Part shown: positions 1-13,100 of the stretch, one piece after another
Position numbering within the stretch: position 1 is the first letter of the stretch
How the letters are laid out: the number at the start of each line of letters is the position of its first letter
Source of the DNA: Felis catus
Taxonomy: Eukaryota
Direction of reading: 5' to 3'
Assembly: GCF_018350175.1 (NCBI RefSeq)
Contig: NC_058383.1
Span: 9,798,001-9,862,000, forward strand
Length of the DNA stretch: 64,000 nt
The notes under the pieces: model-generated
Database searches by the model: none
Told to the model about the DNA's origin: nothing
What the model saw: the letters and a program-made list of their open reading frames with translations, nothing else
Program-made: the position numbers and the translations under genes

Positions 1-1142
1 TTCGTGCACAAGCTTGGTGACCTTCTCAGCGTTTGGACGTGTGGGGCCCACTCCTGGGGTTCTGATTTCCTCAGGGAAAAAAACAGACACCCTCTCACCC
101 TGAATTACAACTTCTTCCGCATGTTCATCTGCACAGGAGCTCGCAAATGGCCTGTTAACCAGCCAGCGCTGTACTGGGTCGGCAAACGCCTTCCTGCCTT
201 GGCCAGTCAGTTCAGGGCAGGTTATGGTGAGAACAGCACCACACACAGTTGGAAACCGTGGTTTGTAGGAGAAATAAGACGCTTGGCCCGCTAGCCACCT
301 TCTCATACAAAAGTCAGTAGTTGAAACACAAAACAGAGTCCCCGCCCTAACGCGTTCCCAGCCAGGTAGGAGAAATGGTGCGGATGCGTTTTTTTGAATG
401 CATCGGCAATGTTTGCACAAAAGTACACCAACAACTGTATGTTGTCGTGGCTGCCTTTCGGTTACTAGTGGTGGGTGGGGAGGTCCTATGTGGATAATTT
501 AGAATTTGTCGACATTCAGCCTCGGAATGTGCTTAAATCTGAATGCAGGTAGGAGTGATATTGCAGGGATTGTCATCCTTGGGGGAGTCCTGTCCAGAGC
601 CTGCCACTCAGCTGACCCGAGGCCTCTTCCGGGCCTCCTCAGACCCACCTGCCGCTGCTGTAGGGGTTATGGGAGAGCAAGTCAACTGTTTGAGCCTCTG
701 TGGGGGTCGCTTCCGGCCCTGACAGACTTGAGTAGGAGAGAGCAGAGCTGTGATAACACCGAGCAGAACTTGAGCCTGGGAAAACATGTATGTGATGCCA
801 GCCGGTGCCCCACGCCAGGTGGCCAGCTCAGTCCCCCTTTTAGTCCCACATCCCATGATAACCTGGCTCTTTTTGTGTGCGTTGGTCGCTTGTATTATTA
901 CCACTGGACGCTGGGCCCCTCCTCAGAATCAGGAGCCGTGCCCCACTCATCTTTGAATTACGTCCCTTCTGTTCTAGCTCAGTGCCTAGGATACACAGCG
1001 GGCACACAACAAAACTCAAGAATGCTTGCTTCAGATAAACAGCAGTGGGGAAAGGGCAAGGGAACAGAGTTGATAAAACGGTGCCAATATGCAGCCCAAC
1101 GCGGTGGGATTATCTGGAGTGAATCGGCCACTTTGAGTGTTC

Positions 1143-1370
1143 TTTTTTTAATTTTTTACTTTTTTTTTATGTTTATTTATTTTTGAGAGACAGAGACAGA
1201 GCATGAGTCAGGGAGGGGCAGAGAGAGAGAGGGAGACACAGACTCTGAAGCAGGCCCCAGGCTCTGAGCTGATAGCAGAGAGCCCGATGCGGGGCTCAAT
1301 CCCACGAACCACGAGATCATGACCTGAGCTGAGGTCAGATGCTTAACCGACTGAGCCACCCAGGCGCCCC
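1143..1370 (-). mobile_element. Can-SINE (feline SINEC_Fc type)
   Basis: Reverse-complement GGGGCGCCTGGGTGGCTCAGTCGGTTAAGC head, (CT)n tract, A tail; TSD gccactttgagt. Confidence 0.95.
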
Positions 1371-1690
1371 GCCACTTTGAGTTTTCTAGAGGGGAGCACA
1401 GATCTTGGCACAGATCCCTCCATGGCTAAATGTTGGTGGCTTTCTTGCTCCTGAGCAAGCACTGATTGGGAATCGAGAGCCCTCTATCTTTTCCATTCCC
1501 CATCCATCCTTAGTTTCCTAGGGCATGCCATAAAAACCAAGAGGACTGGTATTGGAAGAAGTCCCTCCAGCTTCTGAGTCCTAGTCTGTGACCCTGCAGG
1601 GTTCCGACCGGTACCCTTAGAAAGGTGTCCCTGCTTTTCAGCTGTGGGAAACATGGGCCAGTAACAGTTAACGTTTATCTCCAATGCTTG

Positions 1691-2311
1691 CAGTGACTCT
1701 CAGAGTGTGATCCCTGGACCAGCCGCAGGAACAACTCCTGAGAACTTGTTAAAAACGCAAAACCCCCAGGTCCCACCCTAGACCTACTGAATCCGAATAT
1801 CTGGGGGTGGGCCCAGCCCATCTGTGTTTTTCAGCCCCCCAGCCCCAGGTCTGCACTGTCCAATATGGTAACCACTAACCACGAGCGCCTGTTTAAATCG
1901 ACTCTAATTAGGGGTGCCTGGGTGGCTCAGTCGGTTAAGCGTCGACTTCGGCTCAGGTCATGATCTCGCGGTTCGTGAGTTCGAGCCCCGCGTCGGGCTC
2001 TGTGCTGATGGCTCGGAGCCTGGAGCCTGCTTCCAATTCTGTGTCTCCCTCTCTCTCTGCCCCTGCCCCTGCCCCGTTCATGCTCTGTCTCTCTCTGTCT
2101 CAAAAATAAATAAAATGTTAAAAAAAATTTTTTTTAAATCAACTCTAATTAAATACCAATCAAAAGTCAGGTGCTCCGTTCCACTTTCCATATTTCAGGC
2201 CCTCGGTAGCCACATGTGGCTAGCATATAGAACAGCTCCTACAGACACTTCCGTCGTCACAGAATTCTGTCGGACGGTGCTTCCAGGTGATTCTGCTACA
2301 TGAGAACCACT
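1691..2311. mobile_element. MER5A-like hAT DNA transposon split by a MER3-like element (about 1851-2281), which is itself split by a SINE
   Basis: cagtgactctcagagtgtgatccctggaccag...gacctactgaatc...ccaggtgattctg...gagaaccact (MER5A); gcactgtccaatatggtaaccacta...gtagccacatgtggctag...tctgtcggacggtgct (MER3). Confidence 0.7.
1911..2135 (+). mobile_element. Can-SINE
   Basis: Full head, (CT)n, A tail; TSD aaatc(g/a)actctaatta. Confidence 0.95.
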
Positions 2312-3020
2312 CAGCTGGGAAACACAGTTTTCAACGCTAGCTGTGTATTAGAATTACCTGGGGGGCTTTTGAGACCTACCAATGCCCCAACCCTACCCCA
2401 GAACAATTAAGACGGAATGGGAGGTAGGGCGGTTGCAGGCAAACATTAGCAGGCGTTAAATTTCCCCTAAGTGATTCTGATCAACCTGAAAGCCAACTCC
2501 TTCAATAGGTACAAGACCTTTTGGAGGTATGTGCGCTTTGAACCGTCTGCATTTTACAGAAAAGCATCTGGAGGCACAGCGAGGTTGAGGAACTTGTCCG
2601 TGGCCACACTGCTCTAGATGTTACTGGATGCCAAGGGGCGTTCCTGGAAGGAGGCAGGAATTCCTGGAAACCTGGAAACCTGGCCGCCTTGCAGTGACAG
2701 CTGCTTTTGATTTGTGTCAAAAAGAAAAACTGTCTTTTAATTAGAACTGTTGGGTTGTTTTTTCCTTTTTGTTTTTTGTTTTCCGCTGCCAGGATAAGCC
2801 AGTTAACGGGGATTAGCAGTCTGGGAAGCCAGAGTACAGCAGTTCTGGGCTTTCCCCCGGGGCAGTCCCACTCACTGATTTTTTTTCATTGCTGGCCATA
2901 TAGTGGAGTCTACGCAGGCGGTGGGCCGCCACTGTGGGAGGGAATTCGGCCCTGGCCACTGCTGTGCGCGGAGGGTCCACGGCCAGGGGTCCGGTTACTT
3001 GATTTAAGAACAGGGGGCTA

Positions 3021-3241
3021 GGGGCGCCTGGGTGGTGCAGTCGGTTAAGCGTCCGACTTCAGCCAGGTCACGATCTCGCGGCCCGTGGGTTCGAGCCCCG
3101 CGTCAGGCTCTGGGCTGATGGCTCAGAGCCTGGAGCCTGTTTCCGATTCTGTGTCTCCCTCTCTCTCTGCCCCTCCCCCGTTCATGCTCTCTCTCTGTCC
3201 CAAAAATAAATAAACATTGAAAAAAAAATTAAAAAAAAAAA
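3021..3241 (+). mobile_element. Can-SINE, young feline subfamily
   Basis: Diagnostic cagccaggtcacg; perfect TSD aagaacagggggcta. Confidence 0.95.
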
Positions 3242-3258
3242 AAGAACAGGGGGCTAGT

Positions 3259-3471
3259 GGGGAGCCTGGGTGGCTCAGTCGGTTGAGCATCCGACTCTTG
3301 ATTTTGGCTCAGGTCATGATCTCACGGTTTGTGAGATCGAGCCCCGTGTCAGGCTCTGCGCCGAAAGCATGGACCCTGCTTGGGATTCTGTCTCCCTCCC
3401 TCTCTCTCTCTCTCTCTCTGCCCCTCCCCCCCGCTCACACCGTCCCTGTCTCTCAAAATAAACTTTAAAAA
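3259..3471 (+). mobile_element. Can-SINE, older subfamily
   Basis: Head contains the gactcttgattttggctcagg insertion variant; followed by aagaacaaggggtag. Confidence 0.92.
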
Positions 3472-3967
3472 AAAGAACAAGGGGTAGGGGGCGGAGGGTA
3501 ACATGGAGGGGTCTGTGGAGAGAGACACTAAGGGAATGACGTGCGGTCTGGAGCTCAGGAGAGTGGAGGGCAGTACTTCTGCTGGCCAGCCCCCCAAGGA
3601 CCAACAGCAGCCTTCGATCCTGATGGTTCATCCTCGGCCCTCCCAGATTCTCCAGTTGTCCAGCCAGGGCTCCTGCGCATGTCCCCTTCTGGTGTCCCAA
3701 GACGCTGTGACAAGCCACGAGGAAGCCAAGGCTGAGTTACTCCCTCCTTCGTGCTCTGATCAGTGTTTGATTATTTTCCCTGCCTTCGAGGGACTCACCC
3801 TCCGGTTCCTCCGTTTTCCTCTCCCACAGGAGTGTTGTAAGGGGTAACCGCGCCAGATGACCCAGCGTGTGCACAGAGCAGGTCCTCGGTGCGTGTCTCC
3901 TGCCCCCTCCGAGAGGGTCACCTGCAGTTTCCTGCCCCTACCACCTGTCTCCCTTTCTATCTCCTAG

Positions 3968-4108
3968 TGTTCAATTCCCTGGACATGTCCCGCTCCGTGT
4001 CAGTGACGACAGCTGGGCAGTGCCGCCTGGCCCCGCTCATCCAGGTCATACTGGACTGCAGCCACCTGTATGATTACACTGTCAAGCTCCTCTTCAAGCT
4101 CCACTCCT
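3968..4108 (+). CDS. HIP1: HIP1 exon 8 (ANTH domain)
   Basis: ctcctag|TG TTC AAT...CAC TCC T|gtgagt; VFNSLDMSRSVSVTTAGQCRLAPLIQVILDCSHLYDYTVKLLFKLHSC; 141 nt. Confidence 0.97.
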
Positions 4109-7100
4109 GTGAGTACGCCCGGCCGGATCATCTCTGTGTGCTTGGGGCGGGAAAGGGGTCGCAGCCTGAGGCTCTCCCTGGAGAAATGCGGTCCCCTCAG
4201 CGCCCTTTCTCCTGCTGCTCTCAAAGGCCCTAGAGTTCCTGACCTTCTTTTTTTAATTTTTTTTTTAACGTTTATTTATTTTTGAGACAGAGAGAGAGAC
4301 AGAGCATGAACGGGGGAGGGGCAGAGAGAGAGGGAGACACAGAACCGGAAGCAGGCTCCAGGCTCTGAGCCATTAGCCCAGAGCTCGACGCGGGGCTCGA
4401 ACTCACGGACCGTGAGGTCATGACCTGAGCCGAAGTTGGACGCTTAACCGACTGAGCCACGCAGGTGCCCCCGAGTTCCTGACCTTCTTAAGAGTGGAGA
4501 CGAGCAGGGCATAAGTTTCGGTGTGCCCACTCACCATAGGGTTTCCTAGGACGGTCCTTTCCCTCTACCTCTGGCTTTATCGCACCTCTGTCCGAATGTG
4601 TTGTGTATCCTGGGACCCACACAAATGATGCCAGACCCGGCCTAGACCCACAGGAGCGGGGGCACAGTGGTTTCCAGAGCGTCACAAGTGGCATTTTGTG
4701 GGAAAATAAAAAAAAATATAAAACAGGGCTGCTCTAGTAACCGGAGGGCCACCCCCTACCCAGCCAGACACCCCCGGGATGCTTTTGTAGATTGTATTTT
4801 GGAAACTACTAGTCTCGTGGATGTTCCCATGCTTTCACGTGTGCTTCTCGCTTAAAACGGCGTGTGTGGGTCCTGCCCCTGCAAGGTCTGCGTTGGTCAG
4901 TCTGGTGGGTTAGGGGTCTTCGTTACTAAACCGTATCCCAGATGAAACTGATGTGGGTGGTTTCTGGGCCACCCTCGGAGGTGTTCACCACGAAGGATAT
5001 ACACATGCAGAGTGTATGGATGATGGAGAAACACAAGAGTCGAGGCCTGAGTGGATACTAGCAAGGTTTTATGGCCCTGGAAAAGGGGACGGGATGAATT
5101 TTAGAAGACAAGGACAAGGGATCACTCTAGAACGGTGGTCACTGACGAGATGCGATTCTGGTGGTTTAGACGGGATGGGGAAAGCGACATTCAGTCTGGT
5201 TAGTCTGGGAACAGTGTGAGGAAGGGAGGTTGGAAATTCGACGTTCAAGCGTTAGGAAGGCGTCGAGGCAAGTGGACGCCCCTGGAGGGGCACAGGGTGG
5301 ACCGGATGCCTAGAGAAGAAATGCAGTTGCCCCACAGAGTGTATACTTCTCTAAAAATCAATGTGTGATTTTAGAATAGTTTTAGATCTACAGAAAAGTT
5401 GTAAAGATAGTTCAGAAAGTGCCCCTATACCTTGAAGCCAGTTTCCTCTGTTGTTAAGATCTTACATGAGTATGGTACATTTGTCACACTTAGTGGACCA
5501 ATACTGACACACGACTCTCAACTGAAGTCCAGATTTTATTCAGATTCCCCCAGTTTTTACCTAATGTGCCATCCAGGACGCCACATTACATTTAGTCTTT
5601 GTGTCCCCCTAGGCTCCTTCTTGGCCGTGACAGTGTCTCAGACTTGTGACCTTGGCGGTTTAGGGGAGAATCGGTCAGACACTTGTAGAATGTTCCTCAA
5701 TTTAAGTCTGTCCGCTGTTTTTCTCACGACTGGGGCTAAGGGTTCTTGGGAGAGAGATCACGGAGGTACAGTGCCATCGTCATCCACCGTATATACTTGG
5801 CATTCTGAATTCTCCTACATTTTGCATGTGCTCCCTATTTATACCAAACATCACCTACCCAAAAATTACTAAAATGTAAATTTAAGGAATAAAGCAAGAA
5901 CTGAAAGGATCGCTGAGCTGTGATCTGTAGTTGAAGTACACAGAGTGACATAATCTGGGAGCGGAAAGGACCTCAGAGAGCCCGCTCTGTAGGGGCGGAG
6001 GCTGGCGCTTAGATGCTGCCACTCGTCCAGCATCGTGCGGCGGCAGGGCCGAACGAGCACCGGACTGAGATCCTGAGTGTTGTCCGCAATCTTTGCCTTC
6101 GCACAGCCAACCTCTCAGGCAGGCTCTCTGGATCCCTTCTGTCCCGCAGCTTGGTCTGGTCAACCACGGTCGCTTCTGTGGTCAGGGACACAACTTCCAG
6201 CCCACTGTGCCCAGAATGGCTTGCACTCCGGGAGCAAAGAGGAGGACAGATTTGAGGGACAAGCGCCCCCCCACCCCGGGTTCCCTGCGGGTCCCTCTGG
6301 GCCCCTTGGTTACCAATCCTGGGGCAGCTCTAGGCCAGGAATGCCCACCTCCCTCCTCCCCCCGCCCCCGCACCGGCAAGACTGGCCGCAAGCCCCAGGG
6401 TGGCTGGTCCCCTCCTTCCAGAGCCCCGCTGTGGCTCACCTGGTCCTCCTGTGGTCCTCTTCCCTCTCACTCTATTCCAATATCTTCCAGGTCTCCCAGC
6501 TGACACCCTGCAAGGCCACCGGGACCGCTTCATGGAGCAGTTCTCGAAGTAAGTGGCTTATGGGAGAGAAATGAAGGCGAATCCAAAAACTGCTATAAAA
6601 TCAATGAATCCTTGTAAGAGCACTTGCTTTATAACGATTGAGGATCGCCAGTATCTGAATGGCAAAGCAGTAAAGTGAGGGAAAGTAAGTAGGACAGCAG
6701 CAAACCTACCACTGGCTGGGGAAGCCATCTGTTCTCCAATAAAACCCATACACACATGTAGAAGAAGGCGATTCTGTACATCCATTCATCACCTGCTGTA
6801 TGCCCAGGGCTTCACGCTCTGTTTCCTCTTCTTACATTCTCCTGCCGCGTAGGGTCTTACACCATGTACATGAAAAGCGACGCCCAGATATGTGTCTCTA
6901 GCAGGGCCTTGACTCCGAATTCCAGTCTCACATTCCCAGTGGTCCGTCTGACATCCTACACCAAACTTACATCTCAAACTGAACTCTAGATTTTCCTCCC
7001 AAAGTGTTCTCCCCAGTCTTCTCTATCTCAGTAAATGCTGCCACATCCATTTGGGCCAGAGACCGGGAACTCCCCATTTTCCTCATCCCCATCCCCCATG

Positions 7101-10100
7101 TCCAGTCTACCAGTAGGTTCAGCTGATGCTCTGCAAATATATCTTGGTTCCAGTCATAGCTCCTATCTCTCTGGCTGCCATAGTTGTGTGCCAGGACCCT
7201 CCAATATGGCGGACATGCTGAGTTTCCACTGGTGCCCCCTGCAATTCTGTCCTCCCTCAGCAGTTAGAACAACCATGTGAAGACATCAGTCCCTTGCTCA
7301 GAACCTTCCGGTGGCTTCTGATTACACCGAGAATAAACTCCAAGCTCTTCTCCGTGGTCCCCAAGGCCCTGCTTGCCATCTCTCACCTCGTCTCCAGGGC
7401 TTATGAGGTTTCAGCCACACGGGGTCTTCTTGTTCCTGGAACCTACCCAGCACATTTCTCTGTCAGGGCCTTAGGGCTTGCCATTCCATCCCTGGGGATG
7501 TTCTCCCAGCCTGGCCAGCTCCGGATCATCTTCCATCACCTCCTCACAAAGGCATCTCTGGCATTAAATCTTTTAAGATTTTATTTTTTATTTTATTTTA
7601 TTTTATTTTATTTTATTTTATTTTATTTTATTTTATTTTATTTTATTTTATTTTTGAGAGAGAGAGAGAGTGCACGTGCACACAAGTTGGGGTGAGGGGC
7701 ACAGGGAGAGAGAGAAAGAGAAAGAAAGAATCTGAAGCAGGTTCCACACCCAGCAGAGCCCAATGGTGGGGGGCTGGATCCCACGACCGTGAGATCATGA
7801 CCTGAGCTGAAATCAAGAGTCTGACTCTTAACCGACTGAGCCACCCAGGGCCCCCTTAAATCTTAAACCTCTTACTTAAGTTGGGTTTTCTTCGCCTCCT
7901 GCTCCTCCAACCCCAACCCCGCCTCCCCATATTCGCCAGGCCAGTGCCTTGTTTCTTTCATGGTTCTTAGAACCAGCTTTATTTCTGCTTGACTACCCAT
8001 TCTTACGTCCCTAGCTCCTGATACGTAGCAGCCAGTTACCCACAGATATTGGGATAAATTACTAAACGAGGAAGCCAGGTGTCTTGTCTAGAAGAGGAAG
8101 AGATTATCCGACCGAGGGATAAATTATTCTGTGCATTTGGGCAAGATGATCACTGGTGAGGCGAGAAGTACAACTCAGCTTTCGTTACGCGTGCCCCCAG
8201 AAGAGGGGAAGGAAGCCCGAGAGAGAGGGAGAGAGAACCCAGGCGCCGAGAAGGGCACTGGGGCTCGGCACGCTGTATTTGACCCTCTTGTTTTGCCTAT
8301 TAATTTCTTCATCCCTGACAATAGAGGAAAAATACCCACCAAATCCCAGCCTTCTCCTACTGGTTCCGAGCCACAGTCCGAGGACAAGTTCAGGGTTTTG
8401 CTCACCTCCCTGTTTCCTTATTCCATTTGAAAAGCCTCATATGTTTATTCTATAATAAATGACTTATTAAATCCTAGGAGACAGGCCCTGGGGCTGATTT
8501 CCTGGAATGGTAAATTCCAGTAGCTTATGAAAGCAGTGCGGCCTATTACTGTTGGCTCCAGCCCAGAAAGAGGGGGATGTGTGGTCAGGTGATTTTATTT
8601 CCTTTAATGTTCTCCTAGCTTATAAAAACTTCTGCCGTGAGCAGCTGTCTCACTTTCTCCTCTGCACGGACCTGGCAGCTCCCAGAGGCCTCAGTGTCGA
8701 CGACTTTGGGGAAAGCACCAATGACATCACAGGGGCAGTTCCAGCCTTGGGGTCAGAATGGCTGACATGAGATCCCAGGGGTTTAGTTTATTGGGCTGAG
8801 CTGAAGGAGATTCTGAGAGAGGTTGCCGAGAGAGGGTGCTGAGACCCACGATGCTCTTTCCTCTCAGGAAATCTGTCTGGTGCCCTCTGCTTTCTGGGCC
8901 TTCCAGGTTTCGATTGAAAACAGAGACCTGATGACAAGAAAAAATATTTGGTTTCTTCACCCCCATATCCATCCAAGATTAGGACACAGTATAAATAGAT
9001 TGCTTTCCTCCAATGAAGTCTTTCTTGATGAATTAATGCCTCTGTGCATGTGGTACCCCTAGCTCAGCAGGGCCCAGGCTCTGCCCTCTAGAGGCTTCTA
9101 GTCTAACTGGGAGGTAACACACAGCTTTAAAGCAGGGTGAGTTAATTAAAAGGAGCTTTACCTTAGTTTTGGGGTTGTTGTTTTTTTTTTTACTTTTTTT
9201 TTAATGTTTATTTATTTTTGAGAGAGAGAGAGAGAGCACGAGCAGGGGAGGGGCAGAGGGAGAGAGACACAGAATCCAAAGCAGGGTCCAGGCTCTGAGC
9301 TTTCAGTCCAGAGCCCAACACGGGGCTCGAACCCATAAACCGTGAGATCATGACCTGAGCTGAAGTCGGACCCTTAACCAACTGAGCCACACAGGCACCC
9401 TGAGGAAATTTACCTTAGTAATTAAGTTCCCTTCCCTTTTCTTATGGTTAGGTGGTTTATCCTCAGAGAGAGTAAATTTATTGTCGTGTTATTCTAAGCC
9501 GAACATTCTTGGGAAGAGACATCAGCCAGACAACAGCGTAGATTCTGTGGTGATGCAGATCTTGTTCTGGGATGATCCGCTCTTCCAGAGGATTCGGTCA
9601 TTTGAATCCCTGTCTCCTGTGAGGACTGGCTACAAATGACCTTCCCCCTGTAGCATCATAATTGAAGCCCAGCGCCATGGAAGCCGTCTCCTTGACAGCC
9701 CACGCCTTTGGGCTGGGTGGGCAGCAGGAGACCTGGGTGGCTGCAGTGTCCCCAACCCGGGGCTGGGGAAGGCGCCCAGCACCCCTGAGGCCCTTCTCCA
9801 CCCCCCAGGTTGAAAGATCTGTTCTACCGCTCAAGCAACCTCCAGTATTTCAAGCGGCTCATTCAGATCCCTCAGCTGCCGGAGGTAAGCGTGCCCGGCC
9901 CCCTGGCCGTGGGAGCTGCCGGGTCCAGGGTGCTCGTAGAGACCGGCAGGCCTGGTGGGTGACGCGGTTCGGGGGCGTGTCTTCCCTCTTCAGAACCCAC
10001 CCAACTTCCTGCGAGCCTCTGCCCTGTCAGAACACATCAGCCCCGTGGTGGTCATCCCGGCCGAGGCCTCGTCCCCGGACAGCGAGCCAGTCTTGGAGAA

Positions 10101-13100
10101 GGATGACCTCGTTGACATGGATGCCTCACAGCAGGTGCGGAGCGCCTCACTAGAACCCGAGGGGGGCGGGGTTGGAGCCCAGCAGGTGACGTGCCCCAGG
10201 GGCGGCCCTTCCAGCTGCCCCACACAGGGGAGAGGACGCGAGAGGCTCTGGCCAAGACCCTTTGACTGTAACCAAGATCAGCTGCCGTCTAACCCAAGTG
10301 CTAACCTAGACTGAGCCCCCTCCCCCCGCCCTGTGGTCCCCGGGAGGGACCACAGATGGATTTGAACCCAGTTAAGAAAGGGTCCTTTTTCACATGTCAC
10401 TCACCTGACCCCTTCCCGGAAGTCTCTGGGTCTCTAACTTTGTCCCCCCTCCCTTTGGGTCACCACAGAACTTGTTCGACAACAAGTTTGATGACATCTT
10501 TGGCAGCTCGTTCAGCAGCGACCCCTTCAATTTCAACAGTCAGAACGGCGTGAACAAGGAGGAGAAGTGAGTGGGAGCTGGGCACAGCCCGCTGGTGCGG
10601 AAACTAGGTGGAGCCGGGAGCCGGCTTGCCGCACCTAACCGGGGCGGGATGCTTCGTGACACGTGGGCCCCCTAGAGAAACGTCTTGACCCACAGCCCCG
10701 TGATCCCAGAGGGAAATCGAATGGGGCTGAAGTAACGGTGGGCCCGTGAGTGTTAGGTTCAGGTCTGGGAACACTGAGGGTCTTAGCATTTAATTTATGG
10801 GATCTCAAAGCACTTTCCCCACATTAACACCAGCTTTTAACTTCCTCCCCTGATCTCCCAGCTCGCATTTAAAAGGAAAGGGGTGGAGGCGCAGTGGAAG
10901 CAAACTTGTTCTCCTTCTGTTCCCAGGGATCACTTAATTGGTCAACTCTACAGAGACATCAGTGAGCTGAAGGCACAGCTAGAGAACTTGAAGACTGAGG
11001 TAGGACTCGGGCTCTGATCCGGTTCTGGGCTTCACCAGGACGGGACGTTTTCATATTAACTTCGCTTTGTGGAGACACTTGTCAGACCTCATTTTGGGGG
11101 GGGGGGACTCATTAGTAGAAATGCCCAGACCAGACGGACCTGGTCCTCTCGTGGTCTTGGTGGCACTGTGTTTCCACTCTTCCTACCTCGAGAATGGCAT
11201 CTAGGCCAAGCCCAGCGTCCCCGGGGTGCTTGGAGAGAAAGACCTGTTCTCTTCCCATGGCGATCAGAAGGTTTGATTTGTAACTCTGGTGGCTGTTTGC
11301 AGAGGCCGGGGCAGTGAATAGGCCCGCCCCTCAGGCCCACGGCTGGTCGGAGGCTTCATTCACTGGGACAGGCACACATCGCCTCCTCCCTCAGGCCAGC
11401 TCGCCCACAACTGCTCCTAGGCACCTAACAGGATCAGAGCTCCCCTGCTGTCACCCCGTGTTTGGCTGGGGGGCTTAGAATGAGCAAAACCCTCAATTCC
11501 CGTGAGGCCACGGGAGTGGGTTTGTTAGGCAAACTCGGGTACTTTATTGGATCAGCGCTGGAAACCCTGGAGGACCCGCTTCTCCCGCCCAGCCCAGCCC
11601 AGCCCAGCCGACCCCAGCGGTGCAGCCCTGGGGCTCATTGGCTGAGTTCATCCCACAGAGCCAGCGGGCGGTGCTGCAGCTGAAGGGCCGGGTCAGCGAG
11701 CTGGAGGCCGAGCTGGCAGAGCAGCGGCACCTGCGGCAGCAGGCGGTCGACGACAGCGAGTTCCTCCGCGCGGAACTGGATGAGCTCAAGAAGAAGCGAG
11801 AAGACACGGAGAAGGCCCAGCGGAGCCTGACAGAGATAGAAAGTGAGTCTGTCGGGCTGGGGCTGAGGGCGGGGGCCGCAGGGTCGGGCTGGGCTCACAG
11901 GGAGGACGGGGCTGGGTGGCAGAGCCCCAGGTGATACATCTGTCCAGAAGAGCTGCCGGGAAGGACCCTCGTGTTGCCAGTCTGAGGCGGGCAGGTTGGG
12001 GCCCAGCAGGTAGAGAGCCCCACGTGCCACACTGCTCAGAATGCCGGGACGGGAACCAGGAGGTGACGGTGGGGTGTCCAAAGGAGAGATAGCCTGAGAA
12101 AAACTTGCCATAAAAGCCAAAAACACTGATGAAGCAAATACCGTGTGTGTGAATGCCCAGGAGGCTCGAATCAGTGCAGCCATCAGAATCAGGTAGATTT
12201 TTTTTTTTTTTTTTGAGGTTTATTTTTGAGAAGGAGAGAGAGCGAGCGTGCATGCACAAGCAGGGGTGGGGCAGAGTGAGAGAGGGAGACACAGAACCAG
12301 AAGCAGGCTCTGAGCTGTTAGCCCAGAACCTGACGCAGGGTTCGAACCCACAAACCGCGAGATCGTGACCTGAGCCGGTGTCGGACGCTTAACCGACTGA
12401 GCCACCCAGGCGCCCCACGAGTCAGGTGGATTCTTTTTTAAAGACCACTTCCCAGAGGAGTTTATTTCAGTAGGACTTCCCAGGGAGCAGAAGGTGCATG
12501 CATTTGCGAAAAGAAAGGAGGATGTTCTAGGGACTCTGGCGTGTTGGAAGGAAGGCACGGGGTCCCCCAGCAGGGGTCCACTGCTCACCTTGGCCCCCTG
12601 ACAAAACAGGGAGAGCCCAGGCCAATGAACAGCGGTACAGCAAGCTAAAGGAAAAGTACAGTGAGCTGGTGCAGAACCACGCCGACCTGCTACGGAAGGT
12701 AGGACCCTCCACCCGCCTCTTGCCCCGCGGCCTGGGCAGTCCCCACGCCACTCCCGCACCTCCATCAATTCTGAGGGGCTCACCATCGTTTCTTGGAACC
12801 ACAGCTCTTCAGGCTTCCTTGCCTCCCACGCCTTGAGCCCCACCTTTGATGCCAGCCCCGAAGGGTTTGTCCCCCATCCTTGTTATTCTTCTTTTAAATA
12901 CTTAAGCGTTGAGTATCCGAAGATGACAGCTTCATTCTGGCTTCTCTTCAGGTAGAAAAGTGATTACTGTGTCCAATAACCTGAATGCTGTCATTTGTTC
13001 TCGAAGGGAGATGTTGTCCCCGAGATGTTACGCCTGAGATAAGCCCACTGTTCTTTTCTCATCCAGAACGCCGAGGTGACCAAGCAGGTGTCCGTGGCCA

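Noticed and set aside
506..1186. 226-aa ORF
   Set aside because: TTG start, no recognisable domain, runs into a SINE tail and lies in a HIP1 intron.
1911..1990. tRNA-like A/B boxes (TGGCTCAGTCGG, GTTCGAGCC)
   Set aside because: These are the tRNA-derived heads of SINEs, not tRNA genes.
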